A stretch of DNA of 64,000 bases. Origin: Escherichia coli (lineage in GTDB: Bacteria; Pseudomonadota; Gammaproteobacteria; Enterobacterales; Enterobacteriaceae). A program made the translations under genes and the position numbers. Location of the stretch: assembly GCF_002854065.1 (NCBI RefSeq), contig NZ_CP024147.1. One strand, given 5' to 3'. Positions 1 to 17,248 of the stretch are shown here, in pieces. The notes beneath the pieces are model-generated. The model made no database searches, was not told the DNA's origin, and saw only the letters and a program-made list of their open reading frames with translations. The stretch's first letter is position 1; each line of letters begins with the position of its first letter.

Positions 1-803
<803 letters not shown>

Positions 804-823
804 TCAATCGCTCAATGACCTGA

Positions 824-1345
<522 letters not shown>

Positions 1346-1513
1346 GGGTAGAAATTAATCGCAACGCGCAGATTGCGAGCTGCATTCCACGAAATTTGTA
1401 AGGTTGTGAAGATAGCGTTTTTCACCGGAATCAGGTTAACAAATCAGCGCTCTCTCTGTTGCTGAGCATCCGGAGTTATTCGATGGTGATACTCCAATTA
1501 CAGAGGATGTTTT

Positions 1514-1981
1514 ATGGACACTACCCTTCCCTTTCTAATTTTGTACGCTTGTTTATCAGCCCTACTTTTTTTCTGGGATGCAAAGCATGGCTTGTTACCT
1601 GACAGATTTACGTGCCCGTTACTCTGGTCAGGTCTTTTGTTCTATCAAGTTTGTCATCCTGATGGTTTAGCCGATGCGTTATGGGGGGCAATTATTGGTT
1701 ACGGCACATTCGCTGTCATTTACTGGGGGTATCGCATACTGCGCCATAAAGAAGGATTAGGCTATGGTGATGTGAAGTTTCTCGCCGCCCTTGGCGCCTG
1801 GCATTCATGGGCCTTCTTACCACGACTGGTTTTCCTTGCTGCCTCATTCGCTTGCGGAGCCGTAGTTATTGGTCTGCTCATGAGAGGAAAAGAATCATTA
1901 AAAAACCCGCTGCCTTTTGGGCCATTTCTGGCGGCTGCGGGTTTCGTTATAGGCTGGGATAGTTTGCTGATAGGCCGTTAA
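1514..1981 (+). CDS. gspO: Short A24-family prepilin peptidase-like membrane protein (155 aa)
   Basis: ORF track 155 aa with multiple hydrophobic segments and LLPD and [16 protein letters not shown] motifs typical of the prepilin peptidase aspartyl protease domain; RBS gagga upstream; lies between rpsJ and bfr where K-12 carries the gsp cluster ending in gspO. Symbol is by position and similarity only. Confidence 0.7.
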   Translation: MDTTLPFLILYACLSALLFFWDAKHGLLPDRFTCPLLWSGLLFYQVCHPDGLADALWGAIIGYGTFAVIYWGYRILRHKEGLGYGDVKFLAALGAWHSWAFLPRLVFLAASFACGAVVIGLLMRGKESLKNPLPFGPFLAAAGFVIGWDSLLIGR

Positions 1982-2454
1982 TCTTTAACTTTAATTTGTG
2001 ATTGCAGGTAATTTTGTAGGTCGATTTTACCGATGAGATCCAGTTCAGTTTCGAGCCAGTCGATATGACCTTCTTCATCAGCAAGGATCTCGATCATCAT
2101 ATCGCGGCTAACATAGTCATGAACGCTGTCGGCATATGCGATAGCCTCACGCAGATCCTTCGCGCCTTCCAGCTCTAATCGCAGGTCGGATTGCAGCATC
2201 TCTTCGACATCTTCACCAATCCCCAGTTTGCCTAAATCCTGTAAGTTGGGGACTCCTTCTAAAAACAAAATACGCTCGATATACTTATCAGCGTGTTTCA
2301 TCTCATCGATGGATTCATGGTATTCAACGTCATTGAGACGCATCAGCCCCCAGTTTTTAAACATCCGGGCATGGAGAAAATACTGATTGATTGCGACAAG
2401 CTCATTTCCCAATAGTTTATTGAGATAATTTATGATTTTAACATCACCTTTCAT
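1978..2454 (-). CDS. bfr: Bacterioferritin
   Basis: ORF track 158 aa [37 protein letters not shown]... Confidence 0.95.
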   Translation of the reverse strand: MKGDVKIINYLNKLLGNELVAINQYFLHARMFKNWGLMRLNDVEYHESIDEMKHADKYIERILFLEGVPNLQDLGKLGIGEDVEEMLQSDLRLELEGAKDLREAIAYADSVHDYVSRDMMIEILADEEGHIDWLETELDLIGKIDLQNYLQSQIKVKD

Positions 2455-2526
2455 TTTATAGTCCCTCCGCTTCCACTATTAGAGCGTAGATGGGGCTAGC
2501 TGGTTGTCAAAAAATAAGCGTGGGCT

Positions 2527-2721
2527 TCAAGCAATCTCTTTAAATTCTGGCATCTGCATCAACTCGTCCTGCATCACTTCGCGCGCGGCGCGAATGCACT
2601 TACCACATTGATTTCCCACAGGAATAAACTTACGCAATTGTTGGAAAGATTGCGGATGAAACTGACGGACTGCCTGGCGAATTTTTTTGTCACTTACACC
2701 ATTACACAAACAAACGTACAT
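2527..2721 (-). CDS. bfd: Bacterioferritin-associated ferredoxin
   Basis: ORF track 64 aa MYVCLCNGVSDKKIRQAV... with CxC...CGKC [2Fe-2S] motif; directly upstream of bfr. Confidence 0.9.
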   Translation of the reverse strand: MYVCLCNGVSDKKIRQAVRQFHPQSFQQLRKFIPVGNQCGKCIRAAREVMQDELMQMPEFKEIA

Positions 2722-2852
2722 GATTGCTCCCGTTCAAATTCTGCGCAAAGTGTAAATGAGAATAGTTATGATTACAATAGCACAGTTTTATTTGCGCCAT
2801 AGTTCAGCGAACAAAATTACGACTAAATATTTCGAGCTCAAATTACGGGCAG

Positions 2853-2877
2853 CAAAAAGGGCGCCGAAGCGCCCTTT
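2853..2877 (-). terminator. Rho-independent terminator downstream of tufA
   Basis: GC stem agggcgc/gcgccct with cgaa loop, followed on the minus strand by a T run. Confidence 0.6.
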
Positions 2878-2903
2878 ACAATTCAAAACTAATTAACGTG
2901 TAA

Positions 2904-4145
<1,242 letters not shown>

Positions 4146-4158
4146 TTAACCCTTAGGC

Positions 4159-6285
<2,127 letters not shown>

Positions 6286-6369
6286 TTATCTTTTAGGCGT
6301 TCAATTTAAGTAGCCCAAAGCGGGCTGCTTACTGGAAGCGCCCGCCTGGTGACTAAAACTCCGAAGGGA

Positions 6370-6855
<486 letters not shown>

Positions 6856-6936
6856 TTAATTCAGGATTGTCCAAAACTCTACGAGTTTAGTTTGACATTT
6901 AAGTTAAAACGTTTGGCCTTACTTAACGGAGAACCA

Positions 6937-7414
<478 letters not shown>

Positions 7415-7436
7415 GAAATATACAACGATCCCGCCA

Positions 7437-7724
7437 TCACCAGGCCATCTGGCTGGAGTGCTTAACCGTAAGTCTGACGAAATCAGTATAGTCAATGGGA
7501 ATGATGTCATTCGAAATTTGACCAGTCAAACCGCGGGCAATAAGGTCTTCGTTCAGGGCATAGACCTTAATGGGGGCATTACGCAGACTTTCAAGGTAGC
7601 GGTTACCGTCAACTGCGGCAGTTACGCCATCTTGCAATAATAGCAGTTCGTCGCCTTCACTGAGCAGACGCAGCAGCGCAGCAAAATCCGTCAGCCAGGG
7701 TGAACGATGTAACGTGTGCAGCAT
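7437..7724 (-). CDS. tusB: Sulfurtransferase complex subunit TusB
   Basis: ORF track 95 aa; position after tusC/tusD and before rpsL. Confidence 0.9.
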   Translation of the reverse strand: MLHTLHRSPWLTDFAALLRLLSEGDELLLLQDGVTAAVDGNRYLESLRNAPIKVYALNEDLIARGLTGQISNDIIPIDYTDFVRLTVKHSSQMAW

Positions 7725-7731
7725 AAACGCC

Positions 7732-8090
7732 TCAAAACCTCAAAATAACATCGTAGTTGGCGAGTTCGCGGCGTAAGGCATCTGCTTCGAGCGGCGTGGC
7801 TTCGACAACAAAGGGGGTCTGCGGATCTAACCCGCGTTCGCGCAGTGAAGCCGCACAAACCCAGCACTGTTCAATGTCGTACAGACCCAACAATTTAAAA
7901 GTGGCAATGTAATCACGCGCCAGCACTGCATCGGGCTTTTGTCCTGGCAGTAGCTGAAAAACGCCATCAGCAATAAAGAAGACGGCCAGCTCGTCAGTTA
8001 ACGCGGAAGTTGCCAGTAAAGCATCTAAACCTTCCCGCCCGGCAGCGGTACCATGAGGCACAGTAGAAAAAACAAACGCAATTCGTTTCA

Positions 8091-8091
<1 letters not shown>
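7732..8091 (-). CDS. tusC: Sulfurtransferase complex subunit TusC
   Basis: ORF track 119 aa; DsrF-like; 1-nt overlap with tusD. Confidence 0.9.
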
Positions 8092-9199
<1,108 letters not shown>

Positions 9200-9324
9200 G
9201 AAAAAAAACACTCCTTTTCAGGAGCCTGTCGTTAACTTTTCAGGGCAGGCTCATTAATGATGCGGGTAACTAAATTAATACAGCGGAGGTTCCGCTTTCC
9301 AGCACTAATTATATCCGGCCTGTA

Positions 9325-9356
9325 ATAAAAAAACCGCCGCCTGGTCAGGCGGCGGT
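9325..9356 (-). terminator. Rho-independent terminator downstream of fkpA
   Basis: Stem ccgccgcc/ggcggcgg followed on minus strand by T7 run. Confidence 0.7.
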
Positions 9357-9365
9357 TCTTAATGC

Positions 9366-10178
9366 TTATTTTTTAGCAGAATCTGCGGCTTTCGCATCAG
9401 CTTCCGGCTTTGCATCAGCCTTCGGCGCTGGTTTCACATCCAGCAGCTCTACGTCAAACACCAGGGTAGAATTCGGTGGGATCCCCGGAACACCCGCTTT
9501 GCCGTAAGCCAGTTCTGGTGGAATAACCAGTTTGATCTTACCGCCTTTCTTGATGTTCTTCAGACCTTCTGTCCAACCCGGGATAACACCGTCCAGACGG
9601 AAAGAAAGCGGTTCACCACGGGTGTAAGAGTTGTCGAACTCTTTACCGTCGATCAGCGTACCTTTGTAGTTCACTACAACAGTATCGCTGTCTTTCGGTG
9701 CTTCGCCTTTACCGGCTTCTACTACCTGATAAACCAGACCAGTTGAAGAGGTTTTCACACCTTTCTCTTTGGCAAATTTCTCGCGGTACTCTTTACCTTT
9801 TGCTTCGTTATCAGCCGCGTCTTTTTCCATCTTCGCCTGAGCAGAAGACTTCACGCGAGCTTCGAATGCTTGCAGAGTCTGTTCGATCTCTTGGTCGGAG
9901 AGTTTGCTCTTATCAGCAAATGCATCCTGAACACCAGCGATCAGCTGATCTTTATCCAGTTTGATGCCCAGTTTTTCTTGTTCTTTTAGAGAGTTTTCCA
10001 TGTAACGACCCAGCGAGGCACCCAGTGCATAAGCTGATTTCTGATCGTCATTTTTGAACGCTGCTTTGCTGTCAGCAGTTGTAGCAGGTTTTGCAGCTTC
10101 AGCAGCAAAAGTGATTGGTGCATGCAGGGCAACGGCCATTGTGGTCGCCAGCAGCGTTACTTTAAACAGTGATTTCAT
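9366..10178 (-). CDS. fkpA: Periplasmic FKBP-type peptidyl-prolyl isomerase
   Basis: ORF track 270 aa with signal peptide and FKBP domain. Confidence 0.93.
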   Translation of the reverse strand: MKSLFKVTLLATTMAVALHAPITFAAEAAKPATTADSKAAFKNDDQKSAYALGASLGRYMENSLKEQEKLGIKLDKDQLIAGVQDAFADKSKLSDQEIEQTLQAFEARVKSSAQAKMEKDAADNEAKGKEYREKFAKEKGVKTSSTGLVYQVVEAGKGEAPKDSDTVVVNYKGTLIDGKEFDNSYTRGEPLSFRLDGVIPGWTEGLKNIKKGGKIKLVIPPELAYGKAGVPGIPPNSTLVFDVELLDVKPAPKADAKPEADAKAADSAKK

Positions 10179-10398
10179 CCATATCTCCAGGATCGGGGCA
10201 TCTCACCCCAGGGTTAACTATTATCAGAAGGGTACTATAAAGCGTTGTCGAACAAATCTACATACAGACACGCCCTATTATCATCTATTTTCAGACTCTT
10301 TTTGTTTAAATTAGTTTCGATGACCGCGAAATGAGTGCTGTCTCGGGCAGCAAAGTTAAGTAGAATCCGCGGCGACCATTCGACAAAAGAGGTGAATC

Positions 10399-10617
10399 AT
10401 GCAGGATTTATCATTGGAAGCACGCCTGGCAGAGCTGGAGAGCCGACTGGCTTTTCAGGAAATCACCATTGAAGAACTGAACGTCACGGTGACCGCTCAT
10501 GAAATGGAGATGGCGAAACTGCGCGATCATCTGCGTCTGCTGACCGAGAAGTTAAAAGCCAGCCAGCCGTCGAACATCGCGTCGCAGGCTGAAGAAACGC
10601 CACCGCCACATTATTGA
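10399..10617 (+). CDS. slyX: Protein SlyX
   Basis: ORF track 72 aa [31 protein letters not shown]... Confidence 0.9.
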
Positions 10618-10622
10618 GGCGT

Positions 10623-10650
10623 AAAAAAAGCGGGGATTCCCCGCTTTTTT
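10623..10650. terminator. Bidirectional rho-independent terminator between slyX and slyD
   Basis: aaaaaaagcgggga-t-tccccgctttttt palindrome flanked by A run and T run. Confidence 0.7.
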
Positions 10651-10665
10651 GTCACTTTTTCGGTA

Positions 10666-11256
10666 TTAGTGGCAACCGCAACCGCCGTTACCTTTACCGC
10701 CACAGCAGCCTTCGCCACCGTGCTCATGACCGTGATCATGGCCATGACCACCGCAGCAACCGTCGTGGTCGTGATCGTGGTGATGATCGTGCGCACCGTG
10801 AACGTGGCCATGAGCCAGCTCTTCTTCAGTCGCTTCGCGAATCGCCACAACTTCAACGTTGAATTTCAGGTTCTGACCGGCCAGCATGTGGTTACCATCA
10901 ACCACGACGTGATCGTCTTCAACCGCAGTGATTTCAACCGGTACCGGACCCTGGTCGGTTTCAGCCAGGAAACGCATACCTACCTGCAGTTCATCAACGC
11001 CCATAAATACGTCTTTAGGCACACGTTGCACCAGGTTTTCGTCGTACTGACCGTAAGCGTCGTTCGCGCCAACAGCGACATCAAATTTGTCGCCAACTTC
11101 ATGACCTTCCAGCGCCGTTTCCAGGCCAGAGATCAGGGAACCGTGACCATGCAGGTAGTCCAGCGGCGCACTCACCGGAGACTCATCAACCAACACACCG
11201 TCTTCTGTACGTACCTGATAGGCCAGGCTGACCACCAGGTCTTTTGCTACTTTCAT
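10666..11256 (-). CDS. slyD: FKBP-type peptidyl-prolyl isomerase / metallochaperone SlyD
   Basis: ORF track 196 aa MKVAKDLVVSLAYQVRTEDGVLVDESPVSAPLDYLHGHGSLISGLE... with His/Cys/Gly-rich C-terminal tail. Confidence 0.95.
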   Translation of the reverse strand: MKVAKDLVVSLAYQVRTEDGVLVDESPVSAPLDYLHGHGSLISGLETALEGHEVGDKFDVAVGANDAYGQYDENLVQRVPKDVFMGVDELQVGMRFLAETDQGPVPVEITAVEDDHVVVDGNHMLAGQNLKFNVEVVAIREATEEELAHGHVHGAHDHHHDHDHDGCCGGHGHDHGHEHGGEGCCGGKGNGGCGCH

Positions 11257-11350
11257 GATATCTCCTGAGCATGGGAAGAATAGTGGCGCAGATTGTAGCG
11301 GAATTCTGCAGCCGTGTACTCACTAGCTTAAAAAAACTCGGCGCATATCG

Positions 11351-11551
11351 CTAGTCCGGATGAAAAATCCCGATCACTTGCTCATCTTTGCGAACGTGAT
11401 CGCGGGCTTCTTTGTCTGCTTCTCGCATCTGGTGTCCGCACTTAACGCATTCAACAATATCAATATTATTTTCGCGCCACATCGCCATTGAATCCTGCGC
11501 CTGACAGGCCGGGCATTTTGCGCCCGCAATAAAACGTTTTCGGATTGCCAT
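11351..11551 (-). CDS. yheV: Small zinc-ribbon protein YheV
   Basis: ORF track 66 aa with CPAC...CVKCGH motifs. Confidence 0.85.
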   Translation of the reverse strand: MAIRKRFIAGAKCPACQAQDSMAMWRENNIDIVECVKCGHQMREADKEARDHVRKDEQVIGIFHPD

Positions 11552-11560
11552 CTTTACCCT

Positions 11561-13366
11561 CTACTCAAATTCATCCCAGCCGTCCAGCTGGCGTCGTTCT
11601 TGTTGCATTTCACGCTGGAAAATCTCTTCCAGTTCGCGTCGGGCTTCCCTGGCGCGAGAAATTTGTACGGTATCGGCATGCATTGGGATGAGCTCTCGCA
11701 GCATCCGCATATCCAGGCGGCGAAAATGCAGTTGCGCCCGCTGTGCCTGATGCGGATGCATGCCAAGCGTGACCAGCGTCTTGCGCCCCAGCTCTAACGC
11801 ACTGGAGAATGTTTCACGGGAAAACTGCGTCACCCCTGCCTGTAATAACTCATGCGCTTCCACACGTCCGCGCGCTCGCGCAAGAATATGCAAATGCGGA
11901 AAGTGCTGCTGGCATATTTCCACCAGCTTCATGGTGTCTTCCGGCTCGTTACAGGTAATGACGATAGACTCAGCGGCCTCTGCACCCGCAGAACGTAAAA
12001 GATCGACCTGCGTGGCATCACCGTAATAAACTTTGTAGCCATATTTGCGCATCAGGTTAACGGCGCTGATATCCCGCTCCAGCACGGTAATGCGCATTTT
12101 ATTTGCCATCAGCAAACGACCAATCACCTGCCCAAAACGCCCGAAACCGACCACAATCACCTGCGGTTTATCATCATTGACCCACGGTTTTTCGTCTTCT
12201 TCTTCCGGTCCGTTAAACTGGCGGGATAGCCATTTATCCACCAGCTTCATCAGCAACGGCGTGGTCATCATGGAAAGCGTCACCGTCACCAGCAACAGCG
12301 CCATCTGGTCGCCCTGGAATAAGCGTTGTGAAGAAGCGGTAGAAAAGAGCACAAAGGCAAACTCGCCGCCCTGACTCAACACGCCCGCAAACTGCATCCG
12401 CTCTGAGCTACGCACGCCATACAATCGCGCCAGCAGATACAACACGAGAATTTTCACCGCCACCAGCACAACCACGCTTATCACTACCCACAACAGATGG
12501 GTATAAAGCACCCCGAGATTGAGCGACATGCCGACAGAGATAAAGAACAAACCGAGCAGCAACCCCTTAAACGGATCGATAGCCGTTTCCAGTTCATGGC
12601 GATATTCACTTTCCGCCAGCAGCACGCCTGCAATAAACGTACCGAGCGCCATCGACAGCCCCAACGCATCCATAAACAATGCGGAACCCAATACCAGCAG
12701 CAGCGTCGCGGCGGTGAACACTTCCCGCACGCCAGAAGCTGCAATAAAACGGAATACCGGACGCAATAAATAGCGCCCGCCAATCAGCATGCCGACAAAC
12801 GCCAGCACCTTCATGCCGATCTTCATCCAGTCGAAATGTTCGTCTGCCGAACCCGCCAGCAACGGCACTAACACCAGTGCCGGGATCACCGCCAGATCCT
12901 GAAACAGCAGTACCGAAAACCCGAGCTGCCCGGATTCGCTGCGATTCATCCCTTTCTCACGCATCAATTGCAACGCCATTGCGGTCGAAGACATCGCAAG
13001 GCCAATGCCACCGACCACCGCCGCCTGCCAGGCGAAATCCGTCAGCATCAATAATCCCGCCAGCAACGCCGCGCTTAACAGCACCTGTGCCGCGCCTACG
13101 CCAAAAATCGAACGCCGCAGTTGCCAAAGCTTGGAGGGATTCAACTCAAGGCCGATGATAAACATCAGGAACACCACGCCGAGTTCCGAAAAGTGGAGGA
13201 TCTCATCGACGTCGCTAATAAACCCCAGCCCCCACGGGCCAATTGCAATCCCTGCCAGCAAATATCCCAACACAGCGCCAATACCCAGCCGCGATGCCAA
13301 CGGCACCGCAGCCACCGCCGCGAAGAGAAACAGCACTCCTGCAAGTAAAAAATCGGAACCTTCCAT
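11561..13366 (-). CDS. kefB: Glutathione-regulated K+ efflux antiporter KefB
   Basis: ORF track 601 aa; multi-TM N-terminus plus C-terminal KTN/Rossmann domain ([11 protein letters not shown]). Confidence 0.95.
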   Translation of the reverse strand: MEGSDFLLAGVLFLFAAVAAVPLASRLGIGAVLGYLLAGIAIGPWGLGFISDVDEILHFSELGVVFLMFIIGLELNPSKLWQLRRSIFGVGAAQVLLSAALLAGLLMLTDFAWQAAVVGGIGLAMSSTAMALQLMREKGMNRSESGQLGFSVLLFQDLAVIPALVLVPLLAGSADEHFDWMKIGMKVLAFVGMLIGGRYLLRPVFRFIAASGVREVFTAATLLLVLGSALFMDALGLSMALGTFIAGVLLAESEYRHELETAIDPFKGLLLGLFFISVGMSLNLGVLYTHLLWVVISVVVLVAVKILVLYLLARLYGVRSSERMQFAGVLSQGGEFAFVLFSTASSQRLFQGDQMALLLVTVTLSMMTTPLLMKLVDKWLSRQFNGPEEEDEKPWVNDDKPQVIVVGFGRFGQVIGRLLMANKMRITVLERDISAVNLMRKYGYKVYYGDATQVDLLRSAGAEAAESIVITCNEPEDTMKLVEICQQHFPHLHILARARGRVEAHELLQAGVTQFSRETFSSALELGRKTLVTLGMHPHQAQRAQLHFRRLDMRMLRELIPMHADTVQISRAREARRELEEIFQREMQQERRQLDGWDEFE

Positions 13367-13920
13367 CAGCGGCCTCCTGGAGACAGCGGATTTGCCAGCC
13401 AGTCACCGTAGGCTCTGGCGTGGCTCGCCAGCTCCTGTGCGCTTTGCCGTCTCGCCCAATAAATAATGATGGGACTTAACCAATGCATCCGGCACATGCC
13501 CGCCGCCAGTTCAAAGGGGCGCAGGACATCGCTCATCGGGTAGCGATTCAACGCGTCATAACGGTAAGCACTTTCCGGCTCGCCGGTGGTAATCACACTA
13601 CGCCAGTACTTTCCCGCCAGTTGGTTTCCTCCCGGCCCGCTGGCAAAACCACGGCTTAATACCCGGTCCAGCCACTCTTTCAGTAGCGCCGGGCAGCTAT
13701 AGGTATAAAGAGGATGCTGAAAGACAATCACCTCGTGCTCGCGCAGTAATGCCTGCTCACGGGGGATATCAATAAAAAAATCGGGATAGTGCGCGTAAAG
13801 GTCGTGCACGGTAACATTGCTGAGCTGCGTGGCCGGTTTAAGCAGTACCCGGTTTGCCACCGAGTCCTGAGATTCCGGATGGGCATACAGCAGCAAAACT
13901 TTCGCTGGCTGAGACATCAT
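13366..13920 (-). CDS. kefG: KefB ancillary protein KefG (NAD(P)H quinone oxidoreductase-like)
   Basis: ORF track 184 aa [27 protein letters not shown]...; 1-nt overlap with kefB. Confidence 0.9.
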
Positions 13921-14047
13921 CCCCCTCCCGGTATGGTTTTTGTGTATAGTCGCTGTTTTGGGCTACCATTGCGCCCGGTGCGGCAGCTCGCCCATACATT
14001 ACATTATCATAATGATAAGTTAACATAGTCTGAACATACGGCACCTT

Positions 14048-15961
14048 ATGATTGTTTTCTCCTCGTTACAAATTCGTCGCGGCGTGCGCGTCCTGCTGGA
14101 TAATGCCACCGCCACCATCAACCCCGGGCAGAAAGTCGGCCTGGTGGGTAAAAACGGCTGTGGTAAATCTACCCTGCTGGCATTGCTGAAAAATGAAATC
14201 AGCGCCGACGGCGGCAGCTACACCTTTCCGGGAAGCTGGCAACTGGCGTGGGTGAATCAGGAAACGCCGGCGTTACCGCAAGCGGCGCTGGAATATGTCA
14301 TTGACGGCGACCGTGAATATCGTCAACTGGAAGCGCAGCTACACGACGCCAACGAACGTAACGACGGGCACGCCATTGCGACCATTCATGGCAAGCTGGA
14401 TGCTATTGACGCATGGAGTATTCGCTCCCGTGCCGCCAGCCTGCTGCACGGCCTCGGTTTCAGCAATGAACAACTGGAGCGCCCGGTAAGTGATTTTTCC
14501 GGGGGCTGGCGTATGCGTCTTAACCTTGCCCAGGCGCTGATTTGCCGTTCAGACTTGCTGCTGCTCGACGAACCGACTAACCACCTCGATCTCGATGCCG
14601 TTATCTGGCTGGAAAAATGGCTGAAGAGCTATCAGGGCACGCTGATCCTGATCTCTCACGACCGCGACTTCCTCGATCCGATCGTCGATAAAATTATTCA
14701 TATCGAACAACAAAGCATGTTCGAGTACACCGGCAACTACAGTTCGTTTGAAGTACAGCGCGCCACCCGTCTGGCGCAGCAACAAGCGATGTACGAAAGC
14801 CAGCAGGAACGCGTAGCGCATCTGCAAAGTTATATCGACCGTTTCCGTGCCAAAGCCACCAAAGCGAAGCAGGCCCAGAGCCGCATTAAGATGCTCGAGC
14901 GTATGGAGCTGATTGCCCCGGCGCACGTCGACAATCCGTTCCGCTTTAGCTTCCGCGCGCCGGAAAGTCTGCCAAATCCGTTACTGAAGATGGAAAAGGT
15001 CAGCGCAGGCTATGGCGATCGCATTATTCTCGACTCGATTAAACTGAATCTGGTCCCCGGTTCGCGCATTGGTCTGTTAGGCCGCAACGGCGCGGGTAAA
15101 TCGACATTAATCAAACTGTTAGCCGGTGAACTTGCGCCAGTCAGTGGTGAAATAGGCCTGGCAAAAGGGATCAAGCTCGGCTACTTCGCCCAGCATCAAC
15201 TTGAATACCTGCGCGCCGACGAATCGCCTATTCAACATCTGGCACGTTTAGCGCCGCAGGAACTGGAGCAAAAACTGCGTGACTACCTCGGCGGCTTTGG
15301 TTTCCAGGGCGATAAAGTAACCGAAGAAACGCGCCGCTTCTCCGGTGGGGAAAAAGCCCGCCTGGTGCTGGCATTAATCGTCTGGCAGCGTCCGAATCTG
15401 CTGCTGCTCGACGAACCGACTAACCACCTTGACCTTGATATGCGTCAGGCACTCACCGAAGCATTAATCGAGTTTGAAGGCGCGCTGGTTGTCGTTTCGC
15501 ACGACCGTCATTTGCTGCGTTCCACCACTGACGACCTCTACCTGGTTCACGATCGTAAAGTCGAACCGTTCGACGGCGATCTGGAAGATTATCAACAGTG
15601 GTTGAGCGACGTACAAAAGCAGGAAAACCAGACCGACGAAGCGCCAAAAGAGAACGCGAACAGCGCCCAGGCACGTAAAGATCAGAAGCGTCGGGAAGCG
15701 GAGTTGCGTGCGCAAACCCAGCCACTGCGTAAAGAGATTGCCCGTCTGGAAAAAGAGATGGAGAAGCTGAACGCGCAACTGGCGCAGGCAGAAGAGAAAC
15801 TCGGCGACAGCGAACTGTATGACCAGAGCCGTAAAGCGGAGTTGACCGCCTGCCTGCAACAGCAAGCCAGCGCCAAATCCGGCCTGGAAGAGTGCGAAAT
15901 GGCATGGCTGGAAGCCCAGGAGCAGCTTGAGCAGATGTTGCTGGAAGGCCAAAGCAACTGA
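14048..15961 (+). CDS. yheS: ABC-F family ATPase (two ABC cassettes, no membrane domain)
   Basis: ORF track 637 aa with two Walker A motifs (GKNGCGKST, GRNGAGKST) and two LSGG signatures plus coiled-coil C-terminus. Confidence 0.9.
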   Translation: MIVFSSLQIRRGVRVLLDNATATINPGQKVGLVGKNGCGKSTLLALLKNEISADGGSYTFPGSWQLAWVNQETPALPQAALEYVIDGDREYRQLEAQLHDANERNDGHAIATIHGKLDAIDAWSIRSRAASLLHGLGFSNEQLERPVSDFSGGWRMRLNLAQALICRSDLLLLDEPTNHLDLDAVIWLEKWLKSYQGTLILISHDRDFLDPIVDKIIHIEQQSMFEYTGNYSSFEVQRATRLAQQQAMYESQQERVAHLQSYIDRFRAKATKAKQAQSRIKMLERMELIAPAHVDNPFRFSFRAPESLPNPLLKMEKVSAGYGDRIILDSIKLNLVPGSRIGLLGRNGAGKSTLIKLLAGELAPVSGEIGLAKGIKLGYFAQHQLEYLRADESPIQHLARLAPQELEQKLRDYLGGFGFQGDKVTEETRRFSGGEKARLVLALIVWQRPNLLLLDEPTNHLDLDMRQALTEALIEFEGALVVVSHDRHLLRSTTDDLYLVHDRKVEPFDGDLEDYQQWLSDVQKQENQTDEAPKENANSAQARKDQKRREAELRAQTQPLRKEIARLEKEMEKLNAQLAQAEEKLGDSELYDQSRKAELTACLQQQASAKSGLEECEMAWLEAQEQLEQMLLEGQSN

Positions 15962-16983
15962 TGGCGCAGATAACGACGACCGATGCCAATGAATTCAGCA
16001 GCAGTGCTGAATTCACCCCTATGCGCGGCTTTAGCAATTGTCATCTGCAAACCATGCTGCCGCGTCTGTTTCGTCGCAAGGTGAAATTCACCCCGTACTG
16101 GCAGCGGCTGGAGTTGCCCGACGGCGATTTTGTCGATCTCGCGTGGAGTGAAGCCCCAGCACAGGCGCGGCATAAACCGCGTTTAGTGGTATTTCACGGG
16201 CTGGAAGGCAGTCTCAATAGCCCTTACGCCCACGGTCTGGTTGAGGCGGCGCAAAAGCGCGGCTGGCTGGGCGTGGTGATGCATTTTCGCGGATGCAGCG
16301 GTGAACCAAACCGTATGCACCGCATTTACCATTCGGGCGAAACCGAAGACGCCAGTTGGTTTTTACGCTGGCTGCAACGCGAGTTTGGTCATGCGCCAAC
16401 GGCTACCGTCGGCTATTCGCTCGGCGGTAATATGCTGGCCTGTTTGCTGGCAAAAGAAGGCAATGATCTCCCGGTTGATGCGGCGGTGATTGTCTCTGCG
16501 CCGTTTATGCTGGAGGCCTGTAGTTACCATATGGAAAAGGGCTTTTCCCGCGTTTATCAGCGTTACTTGCTGAACCTGTTAAAAGCCAATGCCGCACGCA
16601 AGCTGGCTGCCTACCCCGGAACGCTGCCGATAAATCTCGCGCAATTAAAATCGGTACGTCGCATCCGTGAATTTGACGATCTAATCACCGCCAGGATTCA
16701 CGGCTACGCTGACGCTATCGACTATTATCGTCAGTGTAGCGCCATGACGATGCTGAACCGGATCGCCAAACCGACGCTGATTATTCACGCCAAAGACGAT
16801 CCGTTTATGGATCATCAGGTGATCCCGAAACCGGAAAGTCTTCCCCCGCAGGTGGAGTATCAACTGACTGAACATGGCGGTCATGTTGGCTTTATTGGCG
16901 GTACATTACTTCATCCGCAAATGTGGCTGGAGTCACGCATTCCTGACTGGTTAACAACGTATCTGGAGGCGAAATCATGTTGA
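15961..16983 (+). CDS. yheT: Alpha/beta-hydrolase fold protein YheT
   Basis: ORF track 340 aa with GYSLGG nucleophile elbow motif. Confidence 0.85.
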
Positions 16984-17195
16984 TTCCGTGGCAAGACCTC
17001 TCCCCCGAAACGCTGGAAAATTTAATTGAAAGCTTTGTGTTACGTGAAGGCACCGATTATGGTGAACATGAGCGTACACTTGAACAGAAAGTCGCCGACG
17101 TCAAACGCCAGCTACAGTGCGGAGAAGCGGTGCTGGTATGGTCGGAGCTGCACGAAACGGTCAATATCATGCCGCGCAGTCAGTTTCGCGAATAA
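16977..17195 (+). CDS. yheU: UPF0270 protein YheU
   Basis: ORF track 72 aa [32 protein letters not shown]... Confidence 0.85.
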
Positions 17196-17248
17196 CCTGC
17201 AACCGTCGGCGGACGAGATAATAATGATAGCTAAGTCATGGAGTTACT

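Noticed and set aside
10611-10862. Overlapping ORFs on both strands rich in His/Arg/Asp or Thr/Val/Ala at the slyD 3' end
   Set aside because: They arise from the repetitive codons encoding the His/Cys/Gly-rich metal-binding tail of SlyD; no independent start signals.
12484-13479. Cluster of short ORFs on both strands within kefB/kefG
   Set aside because: All overlap the intact kefB and kefG reading frames in a GC-rich region; no domains and no start signals.
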